From: an uncultured delta proteobacterium
GTDB lineage: Bacteria; Myxococcota_A; Polyangia; Polyangiales; B10-G4
Reading direction: 5' to 3'
NCBI GenBank assembly: GCA_963727445.1
Contig: CAVSGI010000008.1
Span: forward strand, 416,001-480,000
DNA length: 64,000 bases
A program made the translations under genes and the position numbers. The first letter of the stretch is position 1. Every line of letters begins with the position of its first letter. Shown here piece by piece: positions 8,881 to 18,640 of the stretch. The notes beneath the pieces were generated by a model. It did not search any database, was not told the origin of the DNA, and was given only the letters and a program-made list of their open reading frames with translations.

Positions 8881-10455
8881 ATGGCCGACGACTGGGAAGA
8901 CCCGTCGACCGATGTTCGGGATTTCGATACGTCGACCTCGAGCCTCCGGTCCCGGGGCGAGCGCGAGCCAGCGCTCGGCCAGGCCATCCTGGTGATGCTC
9001 ACCGGTGCCACCATCGGCCGTCGCTTCGCGCTGCGGGAGCACGCGACCATCGGCCGGGCCGCCGACAACACCATCGTGATCGACGACCCGAAGGTGAGCC
9101 GGAACCACGCGGAGATGAAGCTGACGGCTACGGGCTGGGTCATCCGCGATCGAAAGAGTCGAAACGGGGTGCAGATCAACGGTGAGGCGATCACCAAAGA
9201 GACCGCGCTGCGTGTCGGCGACGAGATCCAGATCGGCGAGAACACGAGCTTCGCCCTCACACTCCCGGACCCCCTTCAGGAACAGGCGCTGCAGCGTCAG
9301 AAGATGGAGGCCATCGGGCGGCTCGGCGCGGGCGTGGCCCACGACTTCAACAACCTCCTCGGCGCCGCCCTCGCGACGCTCGACAACCTCTCCGCGATGC
9401 CCGCCAAGACGCCCATCGGAGACCCCGAGGTGGTGGAGTGCCTCGACGACGTGCGGGCCGCCGCCGTCCGCGCGACCGAGCTCACGCGGAGGTTGCTTCG
9501 CTTCTCACGGCGCGAGTCCATGGCCGCCGACGCGGTGGACGTCTCCAAGCTCTGCCTCGAGGTGATCCACCTCGTGCAGCGCACGGTGGACCGCTCGATA
9601 TCGGTCGTGGGCGACGTGGCGCCGCGTCTCAGAGTCGATGGACACGCGGGCGAGCTCCATCAGCTCCTGATGAACCTCTGCATCAACGCCCGCGACGCCA
9701 TGCCCGAGGGCGGCACCCTCACCATCGCGGCGCAGCTGGTCCCGGAGGAAGCCCTGGTGGGGCTGCCCATCCAGCAACGGCTACCGCACGTGGCCCTCCG
9801 CGTTTCGGACACCGGACGGGGCATCGACCGGGACACGCTGGAGAAGGTCTTCGAGCCCTTCTTCACCACCAAGGCCAAGGAGGCGGGCGCCGGCCTCGGT
9901 CTGGCCACGGTCTTCGACGTCGCCACCAGTCACGGCGGTACCGTGACCATCGAATCCGAGCCGGGCGAAGGGACCAGCGTGCGCGTCTTCCTGCCGGCAC
10001 GCCCCCGCAAGCGCGCGCACCGCCGCACACCGACAGCCGCGCAAGAGGCGTCGACGAAGCCCGCCTTCACCGAGGCCGCCGAGATCCTCATCGTCGACGA
10101 TCAGGCGCTGGTGCGGCGGAGCTGGGGCCGGCTCCTCAGGCGCGCTGGTCACACCGTGCGCATCGCCGAGGATGGCCAGCAGGCCCTCGACGAGCTCGCT
10201 GCCAAGGCGCCCGATCTCATGTTTCTCGACATCGACATGCCGGTGCTCGACGGCGTCTCCACCCTGGAAAAGCTTCGCGGCGCGCACCCCAAGCTGCCGG
10301 TGGTGTGTGTGTCCGGTCATTGGGAGGAGCCGACCGAGCGTCGCGTCCGCGAGCTCGGCGCTCTCGACGCCGTCGAGAAGCCGCTCAGCGCCAACAGACT
10401 GCTCGAGCTGGTCGCGCTCGCGATCGACACGATGAACGCCGGCCGAACGCTGTAG
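8881..10455 (+). CDS. FHA-domain hybrid histidine kinase (FHA-HisKA-HATPase-REC)
   Basis: FHA motifs IGR, VSRNHA, SRNGVQING; H-box GVAHDFNNLL; N-box MNLCINARDAM; DTGRGI, FEPFFTTK, GLGL; receiver ILIVDD, FLDIDMP, EKP. Confidence 0.92.
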   Translation: MADDWEDPSTDVRDFDTSTSSLRSRGEREPALGQAILVMLTGATIGRRFALREHATIGRAADNTIVIDDPKVSRNHAEMKLTATGWVIRDRKSRNGVQINGEAITKETALRVGDEIQIGENTSFALTLPDPLQEQALQRQKMEAIGRLGAGVAHDFNNLLGAALATLDNLSAMPAKTPIGDPEVVECLDDVRAAAVRATELTRRLLRFSRRESMAADAVDVSKLCLEVIHLVQRTVDRSISVVGDVAPRLRVDGHAGELHQLLMNLCINARDAMPEGGTLTIAAQLVPEEALVGLPIQQRLPHVALRVSDTGRGIDRDTLEKVFEPFFTTKAKEAGAGLGLATVFDVATSHGGTVTIESEPGEGTSVRVFLPARPRKRAHRRTPTAAQEASTKPAFTEAAEILIVDDQALVRRSWGRLLRRAGHTVRIAEDGQQALDELAAKAPDLMFLDIDMPVLDGVSTLEKLRGAHPKLPVVCVSGHWEEPTERRVRELGALDAVEKPLSANRLLELVALAIDTMNAGRTL

Positions 10456-10462
10456 CCGTCGG

Positions 10463-13400
10463 CTACTCGGCGTCGGCGGTCTTCGGTGCGCTCGGCGCGC
10501 GAAGCCCGAGCCTCGCGACGACCCTGCGGCCCATGCCGCGGAAGTCCTCCATGATGGAGTACATCGTCGGGACCAGAACCAGGGTCAGCACGGTCGCCAC
10601 CGCGAGGCCGAAGATCACCGCGACCGCCATCGGCCCCCACCACTGTGCGCTCTGCGAGCCGAAGACCATCTCGCCCTTGCCGAAGTCGAAGCTGATGCCG
10701 GCCGCCATGGGCACCAAGCCGAGGATGGTGGTGAGCGCGGTGATGATCACCGGCCTGAAGCGCGTCAACCCGGCCTCGATCAACGCGTCGTACATCGAGA
10801 AGCCGCGCTCTCGGAGCTGCTCGACGTAGTCGAGGAGCACGATGGCGTTGTTGACCACGACGCCGGCGAGCGAGATCACGCCGATCCCCGTCATGATGAT
10901 GCCGAACGGGGTGCCGGTGAGCACCAGACCCCAGAGCACGCCGATGAGCGACAGGACCACGTCGCCAGGATGATCAGCGGCAGGTCGAAGCGGTTGAACT
11001 GAGTCACCAGCACGACCAGGATCAAGAAGACGGCGATGAGGAACGCGTTTCCGAGGAACTCCTGCGATGCGCGCTGCTCGTCGTTCGCGCCGCCGAGGCG
11101 CAGGTGGATCCCCGGCGGCGGCGCGGTCTCGGCGATGTACTTCTCGACCTCGGCCCGAACTGCGTTCTCGTTGAAACCCTCCTCCACGTCGCCGTCGATG
11201 GTGACGACCAGATCCTGATCGATGTGGCGGATGCTGCCGCTGCCTCCGGCGAGCTCGTAGGAAGCGACCGCGGAGAGCGGGACGGCGAAGGTGTCGGGGC
11301 TGGTGTCCTCGCGTCCCGGGATGCGGAGCGCGAGGATCGCCTGCAGGTCGTTCCGGAAGCGCGGCGCCAGCTCCACCACCACGTCGTACTCGTCTTCGCC
11401 CTCGCGGATGGTGGTCGCCACGTTGCCCGCCACGGCCGCGCGCACCGCCTGAGCGACCTGAGCGGTGCTCGCGCCAACTCGCTTCGCCGCGCCGCGGTTG
11501 ATGCGCAGGCGCATCTCGGGACGCCCGACGCGGTAGTTGTCGCGCAGGCCGGTAGCGCCCGCGATCTCCGCCAGGTCGCGGCGCACCCGGGCTGCGTACG
11601 CCCCGACCTCGTGAAAGTCCTCGCCGCTCACCTCGACCGAGATCGGCGAGCCGACGGGAGGGCCCTGGCGCTCCTTCTCGATCTCGATGCTCGCGCCGGG
11701 GATGTCGACCAGCTGCGCGCGAACGCGGCTGATGGTGTCGCGGGTGTCTTCGACGCGCGGCGTCTCCCCTGCCCTGGCCCGGGTGGCGTGCGGCAGGAAG
11801 TCGATGGTCAGGCGGGCCTGATTGCTCGCCGCCTGGTTGGCCGCCATCGGGTCTCCGTTGCCGGCGACACCGGTCTCGGCGACGTAGAAGTTGATGTTCT
11901 CCTGCTCGAGCAGGATGCGCTCCACCCGGCGGACGATCCGGTCGGTGGCCTCGACGTCGGTACCGTCGGGAGCGCGAACGGTGACCGTCGCCCGATCGGG
12001 TTCGACGTCGGGGAAGAACTCGGTGCCGTGGTTAAGAGGCCGTAGGCGACGAAGGTCGCCGACGAGCGAGACGCACGCCCAGCGAGAGGCTCATGTAGCG
12101 GTGGTCGATGCTCCAGCTGGAGCAGCCGCCGGTACGCCCGCATCACGCGGGGTCGAGCTCCTTCTGCTCGCCCTCCGGCACCTTCTTCGACTCTTCATGA
12201 ACTGGCTGGTGACCACCGGCAGAACGGCGAGCGCGACGACCAGCGAGCAGAGCAGGACGATGACGACCGTCTTGGGCAGGTAGCCCATGAACTCGCCCAT
12301 GATCCCGGCCCAGAAGAGCAGCGGCGCGAAGGCGGCGACGGTGGTCAGCAGTGGAGGCGATGACCGCCAGCGCGATCTCCTTGGTCCCGTCGATGGAGGC
12401 GTCGAAGAGGCTCTTCCCCATCTCGGCGTGCCGGTAGATGTTCTCCACGAGCACGATCGCGTTGTCGACGAGCATGCCGAGCCCGAGCATCAGCGAGAAG
12501 AGCACGATCATGTTCAGCGTCATCCCGAAGGCCGAGATGAAGAGCATCGACATGAGCATGGACAGCGGGATGGCGAGAGCGACGAAGAGGCAGTTGCGTG
12601 CGCCCATGAAGAAGAGGATCACCCCGACGACGAGGATCAGCGCCGTGATGATGTTGTTCTCGAGCTCGGCGACCATCAGCTCGATGTCGCGCGACTGGTC
12701 GCCGATGCATGCGGAGCCTCACGCCCTCGGGCCAGTCGGCGGAGCGCTCGCTGAGGATCTCCTTCACCTGTCCGGCGACCTCGAGGAGGTTCGAGCCGGC
12801 GCGCTTCTTGATCCGCGAGGGTGACCGCGGGCTGACCGTTGACGCGCGCGTAGCTGTTGCGATCCTCGAAGGAGTCGACGACCTCGCCGAGGTCGCGCAC
12901 GAAGACGGGCCGGTCGCCGATGCGCTTGACGGCGACCGCCTCGATCTCGGCGGGGTCGACGAATTCGCCCGGGACGCGCAAGAGGAAGTTGGCGTCGCCC
13001 GCGCCGACGTCGCCGCCGGGGATGTTGACGTTCTCGCTGTTGATGGCGCCGATGACGTCATCGAGCTTCAGCGAGTAGTGGGCGAGGCGGTGTGGGTCGA
13101 TCTCGACGCGAATCTGACGCGTGCGACCGCCCTTGAGCTCCACGTCGAGGACGCCATCCACCCGGCTCACCTCGTCTTCGAGCTCCTCGCCGATGTCCTT
13201 GAGCACCTCCTCGTCCACCGGACCGGCGATGGTGACGATCATGATCGGGAAGTCGGAGAAGGACACCTCTCGAATGTCGGTCTCCTCGGCGTCCTCGGGC
13301 AGGTCGGGTCGCGCGCGGCTCACCCGGTCGCGCACCCGCTGAAGGGCGTCTTCGATGACGATGTCCGGCTCGAACTCGAGGGTGATGAGGCTGACGCCCT

Positions 13401-13650
13401 CGGCCGAGGTGCTGCTCATCTTCTTCAGGTCCTTCAGACCCGACAGCTCGTTCTCGAGCGGGACCGTGATCAGGCCTTCGATGTCTTCGGGCGAGACGCC
13501 GACATAGGGCGTCGCGACCATGACCACCGGGACGTCGATGTCGGGAAAGGACTCGCGCGGCAGGTCCAGATAGGTCTTCAGGCCGAACAGGAAGACGCAG
13601 AAGGTGACCAGCAGGACTGGCGCCCTGTTCTTGACGAGCGCGCGGATCAT
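10463..13650 (-). pseudogene. RND efflux permease (AcrB/AcrD/AcrF family), broken by about 10 single-base indels as sequenced (probably assembly error)
   Basis: Collinear fragments: LPRESFPDIDVP, GVSPEDIEGLITVPLE, GLGMLVDNAIVLVENIYRH, GEFMGYLP, GTEFFP, GVVVNNAIVLLD, TRFRPVIITALTTILGLVPMA, PMAVAVIFGL. Frame changes near 12815, 12708, 12350, 12190, 12150, 12115-12035 and 10960. Confidence 0.88.
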
Positions 13651-14738
13651 CAGAACCTCACGCGACCCTGGGTGCAGCACTCTCCTTCGCGCACCACCAG
13701 GACCGCATCACCGTCTTCGAGCTCACGCTGCCCGGTCATGATCACCCGATCGCCGAGCGCCAGACCTTCGGTGACGATCACCTGATTGCGCACCACGGGC
13801 CCGAGCGCGATCGGACGCCATCGCGCGACGCCGTCCTCTTCGAGGAAGACCCCGAGCCCCTCGAGCTTGGTGACGACCCAGTCCTGCGGGATGACCAGGG
13901 CCTCGCCCTCGAGCTCGGCGTCGATGCGCACCTGCGCGATCATCCCGGGCAGGAGGCGTCGGTCCGGGTTCGCCACCGTGATGTCGACCATGAAGGACCG
14001 GGTCTGCATGTCCGCTGCGGGATTGACGTGGCTGACCGTACCCTGGAAGACGCCCGCCGCCGCGTCGGTGGTGATGCTGGCGGGCATCCCCTCGGAGAGC
14101 GCCACCACGTCCCGATCCGAAACCGAGATCGAGACCTTCACCTCGTCGAGGTCCACCAGACGCAGAAGCGGTGCGCCGGGCGACGCGATCTCACCCTGGT
14201 CGGCCTCGAGCTCGGCGACCACGCCCGCGAAGGGCGCCTTGATGACCGAACGGCTCACCGCGATGCGCGCGGCGTTCTGGGCGGCGCGCGCCGCCTCGAG
14301 GCGCGTCTGGTAGGCGTCGCGCTCTGCCTGAGCGAGGGCATTGCCGAGGCGCTCGGCACGCCCCGCCTCGCGTTCGGCCGACGCGAGCTCCACCTGGGTC
14401 TGCGCGAGGCGGGCCGCGGCGCTCTGAGTGTCGACGCGGATCAAGGTCTGGCCGCGGCGCACCTCGTCTCCGTTTTCGACGAGGACCCGCTCGATGAAGC
14501 CGCCCATCGCGGACCCGAGAGTGGCGTCGTTGGCGCCGCGGACCTCGCCCGGAAGCGCGAGCTCGAGCCCGGCTTCGGAGGTGGCGATCGAGGCCACCTC
14601 CACGCGCGTCGCGGTGCTGCGGGCCACCGCCGGGGCTTCGCTCTCCTCCCGAGACCGCTGGGGCGTGTCGCCCTGGCTGGACTGGGCCTCACTCTGGCCG
14701 CAAGCCACGAGGAGTACGAATACGTAGGCGTAATTCAA
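13650..14738 (-). CDS. RND efflux periplasmic adaptor (membrane fusion protein), lipoprotein
   Basis: TTG start after GGAGGA; lipobox LLVAC; GFIERVLVENGDEVRRGQ, IKAPFAGVV, LLPGM, GLALGDRVI. The stop overlaps the permease ATG. Confidence 0.9.
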   Translation of the reverse strand: MNYAYVFVLLVACGQSEAQSSQGDTPQRSREESEAPAVARSTATRVEVASIATSEAGLELALPGEVRGANDATLGSAMGGFIERVLVENGDEVRRGQTLIRVDTQSAAARLAQTQVELASAEREAGRAERLGNALAQAERDAYQTRLEAARAAQNAARIAVSRSVIKAPFAGVVAELEADQGEIASPGAPLLRLVDLDEVKVSISVSDRDVVALSEGMPASITTDAAAGVFQGTVSHVNPAADMQTRSFMVDITVANPDRRLLPGMIAQVRIDAELEGEALVIPQDWVVTKLEGLGVFLEEDGVARWRPIALGPVVRNQVIVTEGLALGDRVIMTGQRELEDGDAVLVVREGECCTQGRVRF

Positions 14739-14802
14739 CGTCAATCCTCCCCAGGCGCACCGCGAACCTGGTCGCAACCCCGCGAGGCGTCAAGGGGGTT
14801 TC

Positions 14803-14814
14803 GACCGATCGGTC
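14803..14814. promoter_or_regulatory. perfect 12-bp palindrome GACCGATCGGTC, candidate repressor operator upstream of the RND operon
   Basis: Lies in the short intergenic gap about 65 bp upstream of the MFP start, next to a minus-strand TTGACG (14788-14793). The ACCG-NN-CGGT shape is typical of TetR-family operators. Confidence 0.4.
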
Positions 14815-14862
14815 ATGCGATTGGACAACCGCGCTGCGCGGGCGTTCCCCGCGAAACTTCCG

Positions 14863-15417
14863 TCAGAAATTCAGCCCTATCTGAAGCCCGAAGGGAAAGG
14901 AGAGCCGAAAGAGCAGCGCCAGGCGCGGCGGCGCGAAATGCCAGCGAGCGCCGAAGCTCACCACGGGCGAGGCGGAAGCGCAGACGTTGCCGCCGTTGCA
15001 CTCGAGAGCGGCGACCGTGAACCCGAGCTCCGGGAAGACCGACCACTTCTCCGTGAGGTAGAAGTTCCACTGCGCTGCCACCAGGGGCCAGATGCTCCAA
15101 TCCCCCCAACAGCCGTAGCCGGCGCAGGTCCGATTGTTGTCCCAGTTCACGAATTGGACGTCGCCGCCGACCGTGATCGCGAGCTCGTCGTCGAGGTTGT
15201 CGATCAGGCCGTCGGGCACGATGGGGATGTCGACGCGGAAGCCGAGGCCGAAGGCCCACCACCATCCGATGGTGCCGTGGACGTCGAAGCGGACGGTGTC
15301 GATCTTGTTCTGTCCATTCGCCCCCGGCGGCTGTTGCGCCTCTGCCAGGCTCGCACCCGAGACCAGGACCAACGCGGCCAGCGCCATCGCGGCTCTCGTC
15401 GCCTTTTCCATCCTCAT
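14863..15417 (-). CDS. small outer-membrane beta-barrel protein (hypothetical)
   Basis: Signal peptide (..ASLAEA), alternating hydrophobic strands, C-terminal beta-signal-like LQIGLNF. Confidence 0.7.
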   Translation of the reverse strand: MRMEKATRAAMALAALVLVSGASLAEAQQPPGANGQNKIDTVRFDVHGTIGWWWAFGLGFRVDIPIVPDGLIDNLDDELAITVGGDVQFVNWDNNRTCAGYGCWGDWSIWPLVAAQWNFYLTEKWSVFPELGFTVAALECNGGNVCASASPVVSFGARWHFAPPRLALLFRLSFPFGLQIGLNF

Positions 15418-15515
15418 GGTCGCGGAGGATACCCGGAGCCAGATCTGGATGGAATCTCGCAGAAAACCGCACCGTTAACATGCGAGGAGCAGCCCTTCTG
15501 CCTACACTTCCGCGC

Positions 15516-18500
15516 ATGGTCGGCCGCCGACTCGCGTCCGTTTTCATCCTCGTCGCCGCGGTCGCCTGCGGGGGCGCGGACAGCAGCGATCCGGCCGGCC
15601 CCTCGACCAGAGCCACCGCCAACGCCGAACGTCCACAGTCGTGTCCCGCCCAGGCGCCCGCGCCGAGCCCCCTGCCCCACGTGAGCGAGGAAGCGCGGAC
15701 CGCCGCCTACTGGATCGAACGATCCCGCGCCTACGGCGACCCCGACGCCCCACTCTTGAGCGCCGCGGACATCGCGAACCTGAACGCCGCGATGGCGCTC
15801 CCCGTCGAGGAGCGGCCCCTCGGGCAGATCGACCTGAGCGCGCCCGTCGACGAGGCGCTGGTGCTCGCCGAGGTGCAGGAACGCATCGAGGCCATCCGCG
15901 GCAAGATGGAGCGCGAGGAGTACCGGGACGCCGAAGGCGAGCGGGTGAGCGACGACGTGATGGCGGCTTTCGCCAGCGTCGACGCCCTGCCTGCCCTCAC
16001 GCCCTCGCTCCACCGGGCCACCGAGCGGATCCAACTGCGCTGCGGCCCGACCCTCGAGAGCTTCTACACGCCGAGCCTCGATATGGACTTCGACCGCAAC
16101 AACTGCAGCAGCGCACACGCGGGCGAGCCGGTGCAGGTCCTGGCGGCGTGGCCCGGCGGCCTGTCCCTGGTCCGCACGCCCTACGCCCTCGGCTGGGTCG
16201 ACCAGGACGCGCCGCTCTCCGAGGCGGTCACCGGGGACGCGGCGGCAGCGCTCCTGGCGCGTCCCGCCTCCGACATGTCACGGCGCGACGTGATCGAGTC
16301 GGCCTTCGCGATGCTGGGCGAGCCCTACGGCTGGGGCGGTCACGAGGGCGGGCGCGACTGCTCGCGCTTCCTGATGGACCTCTTCGCCGGCTTCGGGATC
16401 GGGTTGCCGCGACACTCGGCGCGGCAGGCCCTCGCCGGGACCTTCAGCGTCGACGTCTCCTCGGTGGCGAGCTCCCGCGAAAAGCTCTTGCTGCTCGAAG
16501 AGGCGGCGCATCGAGGGATCGTGCTCTTGCACTTCCCCGGGCACATCATGATGTACCTGGGCGAGACCGAGGACGGCACGCCGATGGCGATCCACTCCTT
16601 CTCGGAGTACCTCGAACCCTGCGAAGGCGTGACCCTGGCCGACGGATCGGCGGCAGAGATCCTGCGCCGCGTCGACGAGATCACGGTGAGCGATCTGAGC
16701 CTCGGCGAAGGGAGCAGCCGCACCTCCTTCCTCGAGCGCATCACGCGGATCTCGGTGCTCGGCAAGGCGCCCGGGCCGGCGCTCCGCGGGGTGGCCGAGC
16801 TGCGCGCGGCGGCGCCCATCGTGATGCCCGAGGAGTGCAACGACACCCTCGAAGCCTCGATCTTCCGCTCGCCCGCGCGCGCCAACGCCGATCAGCCGCT
16901 GAAGGTGATCGTGACCCTGACGGAGGATCCGGGGCCGGTGGCGCTCCTGCTGCGCGATCCGCGCGGCAACCCCGTGGAGGCGGAGGTACATCGCCTCGGA
17001 GGCCCGCCTTTCACCTACTGGGCGAAGGTGGATCACCCCGCGCAGGGGCGATGGACGGCGATCCTCGGAGACGGAACCCGCTCGGTCGCTTGCGAGCGCT
17101 TCAGCGTCCTTCGGGATCGCGGGCCCCGGCCCACCCCCGACACCCACGCGTGGGACGTGCACTGGCAGTGGGAGGCCGACACCGAGAACCTCTACGCCGC
17201 GTGGGTGGAGCAGCTCTTCGACTATCCCCCCGAAGAGGACCTGACCTGGACGAGCCTGACGGAGCTCCTGCAGAACCGCGACAACAACCTGCTCTACGAT
17301 CACCTCAGCCAGGAGGAGGACGAGAACATCCGCCTGGTGCCCGACTGCGCCGACCTCCCCTACTTCCTGCGCGCATACTTCAGCTGGAAGCTCCGCCTGC
17401 CCTTCGCCTTCCGCCGCTGCAGCCGCGGACGCGCCGGCGTTCCTCCGCACTGCAACGACCTCAACACCAACCTGGTGCCGCGCGAGGGCGTGGACGACGC
17501 CAGCTCGTTCTCGGTCTTCATCCGCTCGGTGGCGAACGGCGTGCACTCGGCGAGCGCGCGAGGCCTGCCGACCGACGACGACACCGACACCTATCCGGTC
17601 GCCCTCGACCGCGCGTCGATCCTGCCGGGCACCGTCTACGCCGATCCCTACGGGCATCTGTTGGTGGTGGCGCAGTGGATCCCGCAGGGCACCGATCACT
17701 ACGGCATCATGATCGGCGCCGACGCCCAGCCCGACGGCACCGTGGGCCGCCGTCGCTTCTGGCGGGGCTCGTTCCTCTTCGATCCCTCGACCGAGGACGT
17801 GGGCGCCGGCTTCAAGGCGTGGCGCCCGCTGGTCTACGACCGGCGCGCCGAGACCATCACCTCCCTCGACAACGACGCCCTGCGCCGCACCCGGCAGCAC
17901 ACGCGCTTGTCGATGGATCAATACGAGGGGTCGGTGGACGACTTCTACGACCGCATGGAAGCGGTGATCAATCCACGGCCCCTCGATCCCGAGGTGCGGA
18001 TGCTCGCGCTCATCGACGCCCTCGACGAGGCGGTGGCCCGCCGGGTGGTGTCGATGCAGAACGGCATCGACTTTCAGGGCGACAACGGCTGGCGCACCAT
18101 CGAGATGCCGAACGGCTACTCGATCTTCGAGACCACCGGTCCCTGGGAGGACTTCTCGTCGCCTGCGCGCGACATGCGCCTGTTGATCAGCATCGACGCG
18201 GTCGAGCAGTTCCCCGATGCCGTCGGGCGCGTGCCGGAGCAGTTCGGCCTCACCGCCGAGGAGGCGCCGGCCGCGGCGACGGCGCTTCGCCAGAGGCGCG
18301 CCGAGATCCTCGGTGAGCGGCGCTTCGAGTACACGAAGAGCGATGGTGAGACGCAGGCGCTCACCCTCGCCGACGTGGTCGGCCGCAAGGAGGGGTTCGA
18401 GATGAGCTACAACCCCAACGACTGCATCGAGGTTCGCTGGGCCGCCCCCGAGGGATCGGACGAGCTCGCGAGCTGCCGCCACCACGCCCCACGGGCCCAG

Positions 18501-18560
18501 CGCGAGCGCATGGAACAGTACCGACAGTGGTTCCAGAACCGGCGCAGGCCACCGCGATAA
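15516..18560 (+). CDS. NlpC/P60 cell-wall peptidase lipoprotein with SH3-like region, fused to a second papain-like domain
   Basis: Lipobox AAVAC; LGEPYGWGG..RDCSRF, LPRHS..Q, GHIMMYLG, IHS; second domain PDCADLPYFLRAYF...PGTVYADPYGHLLVV...ADAQPDG. Confidence 0.85.
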   Translation: MVGRRLASVFILVAAVACGGADSSDPAGPSTRATANAERPQSCPAQAPAPSPLPHVSEEARTAAYWIERSRAYGDPDAPLLSAADIANLNAAMALPVEERPLGQIDLSAPVDEALVLAEVQERIEAIRGKMEREEYRDAEGERVSDDVMAAFASVDALPALTPSLHRATERIQLRCGPTLESFYTPSLDMDFDRNNCSSAHAGEPVQVLAAWPGGLSLVRTPYALGWVDQDAPLSEAVTGDAAAALLARPASDMSRRDVIESAFAMLGEPYGWGGHEGGRDCSRFLMDLFAGFGIGLPRHSARQALAGTFSVDVSSVASSREKLLLLEEAAHRGIVLLHFPGHIMMYLGETEDGTPMAIHSFSEYLEPCEGVTLADGSAAEILRRVDEITVSDLSLGEGSSRTSFLERITRISVLGKAPGPALRGVAELRAAAPIVMPEECNDTLEASIFRSPARANADQPLKVIVTLTEDPGPVALLLRDPRGNPVEAEVHRLGGPPFTYWAKVDHPAQGRWTAILGDGTRSVACERFSVLRDRGPRPTPDTHAWDVHWQWEADTENLYAAWVEQLFDYPPEEDLTWTSLTELLQNRDNNLLYDHLSQEEDENIRLVPDCADLPYFLRAYFSWKLRLPFAFRRCSRGRAGVPPHCNDLNTNLVPREGVDDASSFSVFIRSVANGVHSASARGLPTDDDTDTYPVALDRASILPGTVYADPYGHLLVVAQWIPQGTDHYGIMIGADAQPDGTVGRRRFWRGSFLFDPSTEDVGAGFKAWRPLVYDRRAETITSLDNDALRRTRQHTRLSMDQYEGSVDDFYDRMEAVINPRPLDPEVRMLALIDALDEAVARRVVSMQNGIDFQGDNGWRTIEMPNGYSIFETTGPWEDFSSPARDMRLLISIDAVEQFPDAVGRVPEQFGLTAEEAPAAATALRQRRAEILGERRFEYTKSDGETQALTLADVVGRKEGFEMSYNPNDCIEVRWAAPEGSDELASCRHHAPRAQRERMEQYRQWFQNRRRPPR

Positions 18561-18640
18561 TCATCCCCGAAAGGGGACGTGTGTTTCCGCGCCCCGCGGA
18601 CGGGCGTCCCCTCGGGAGTGAGTGTATCCTCCGCCCCGCC

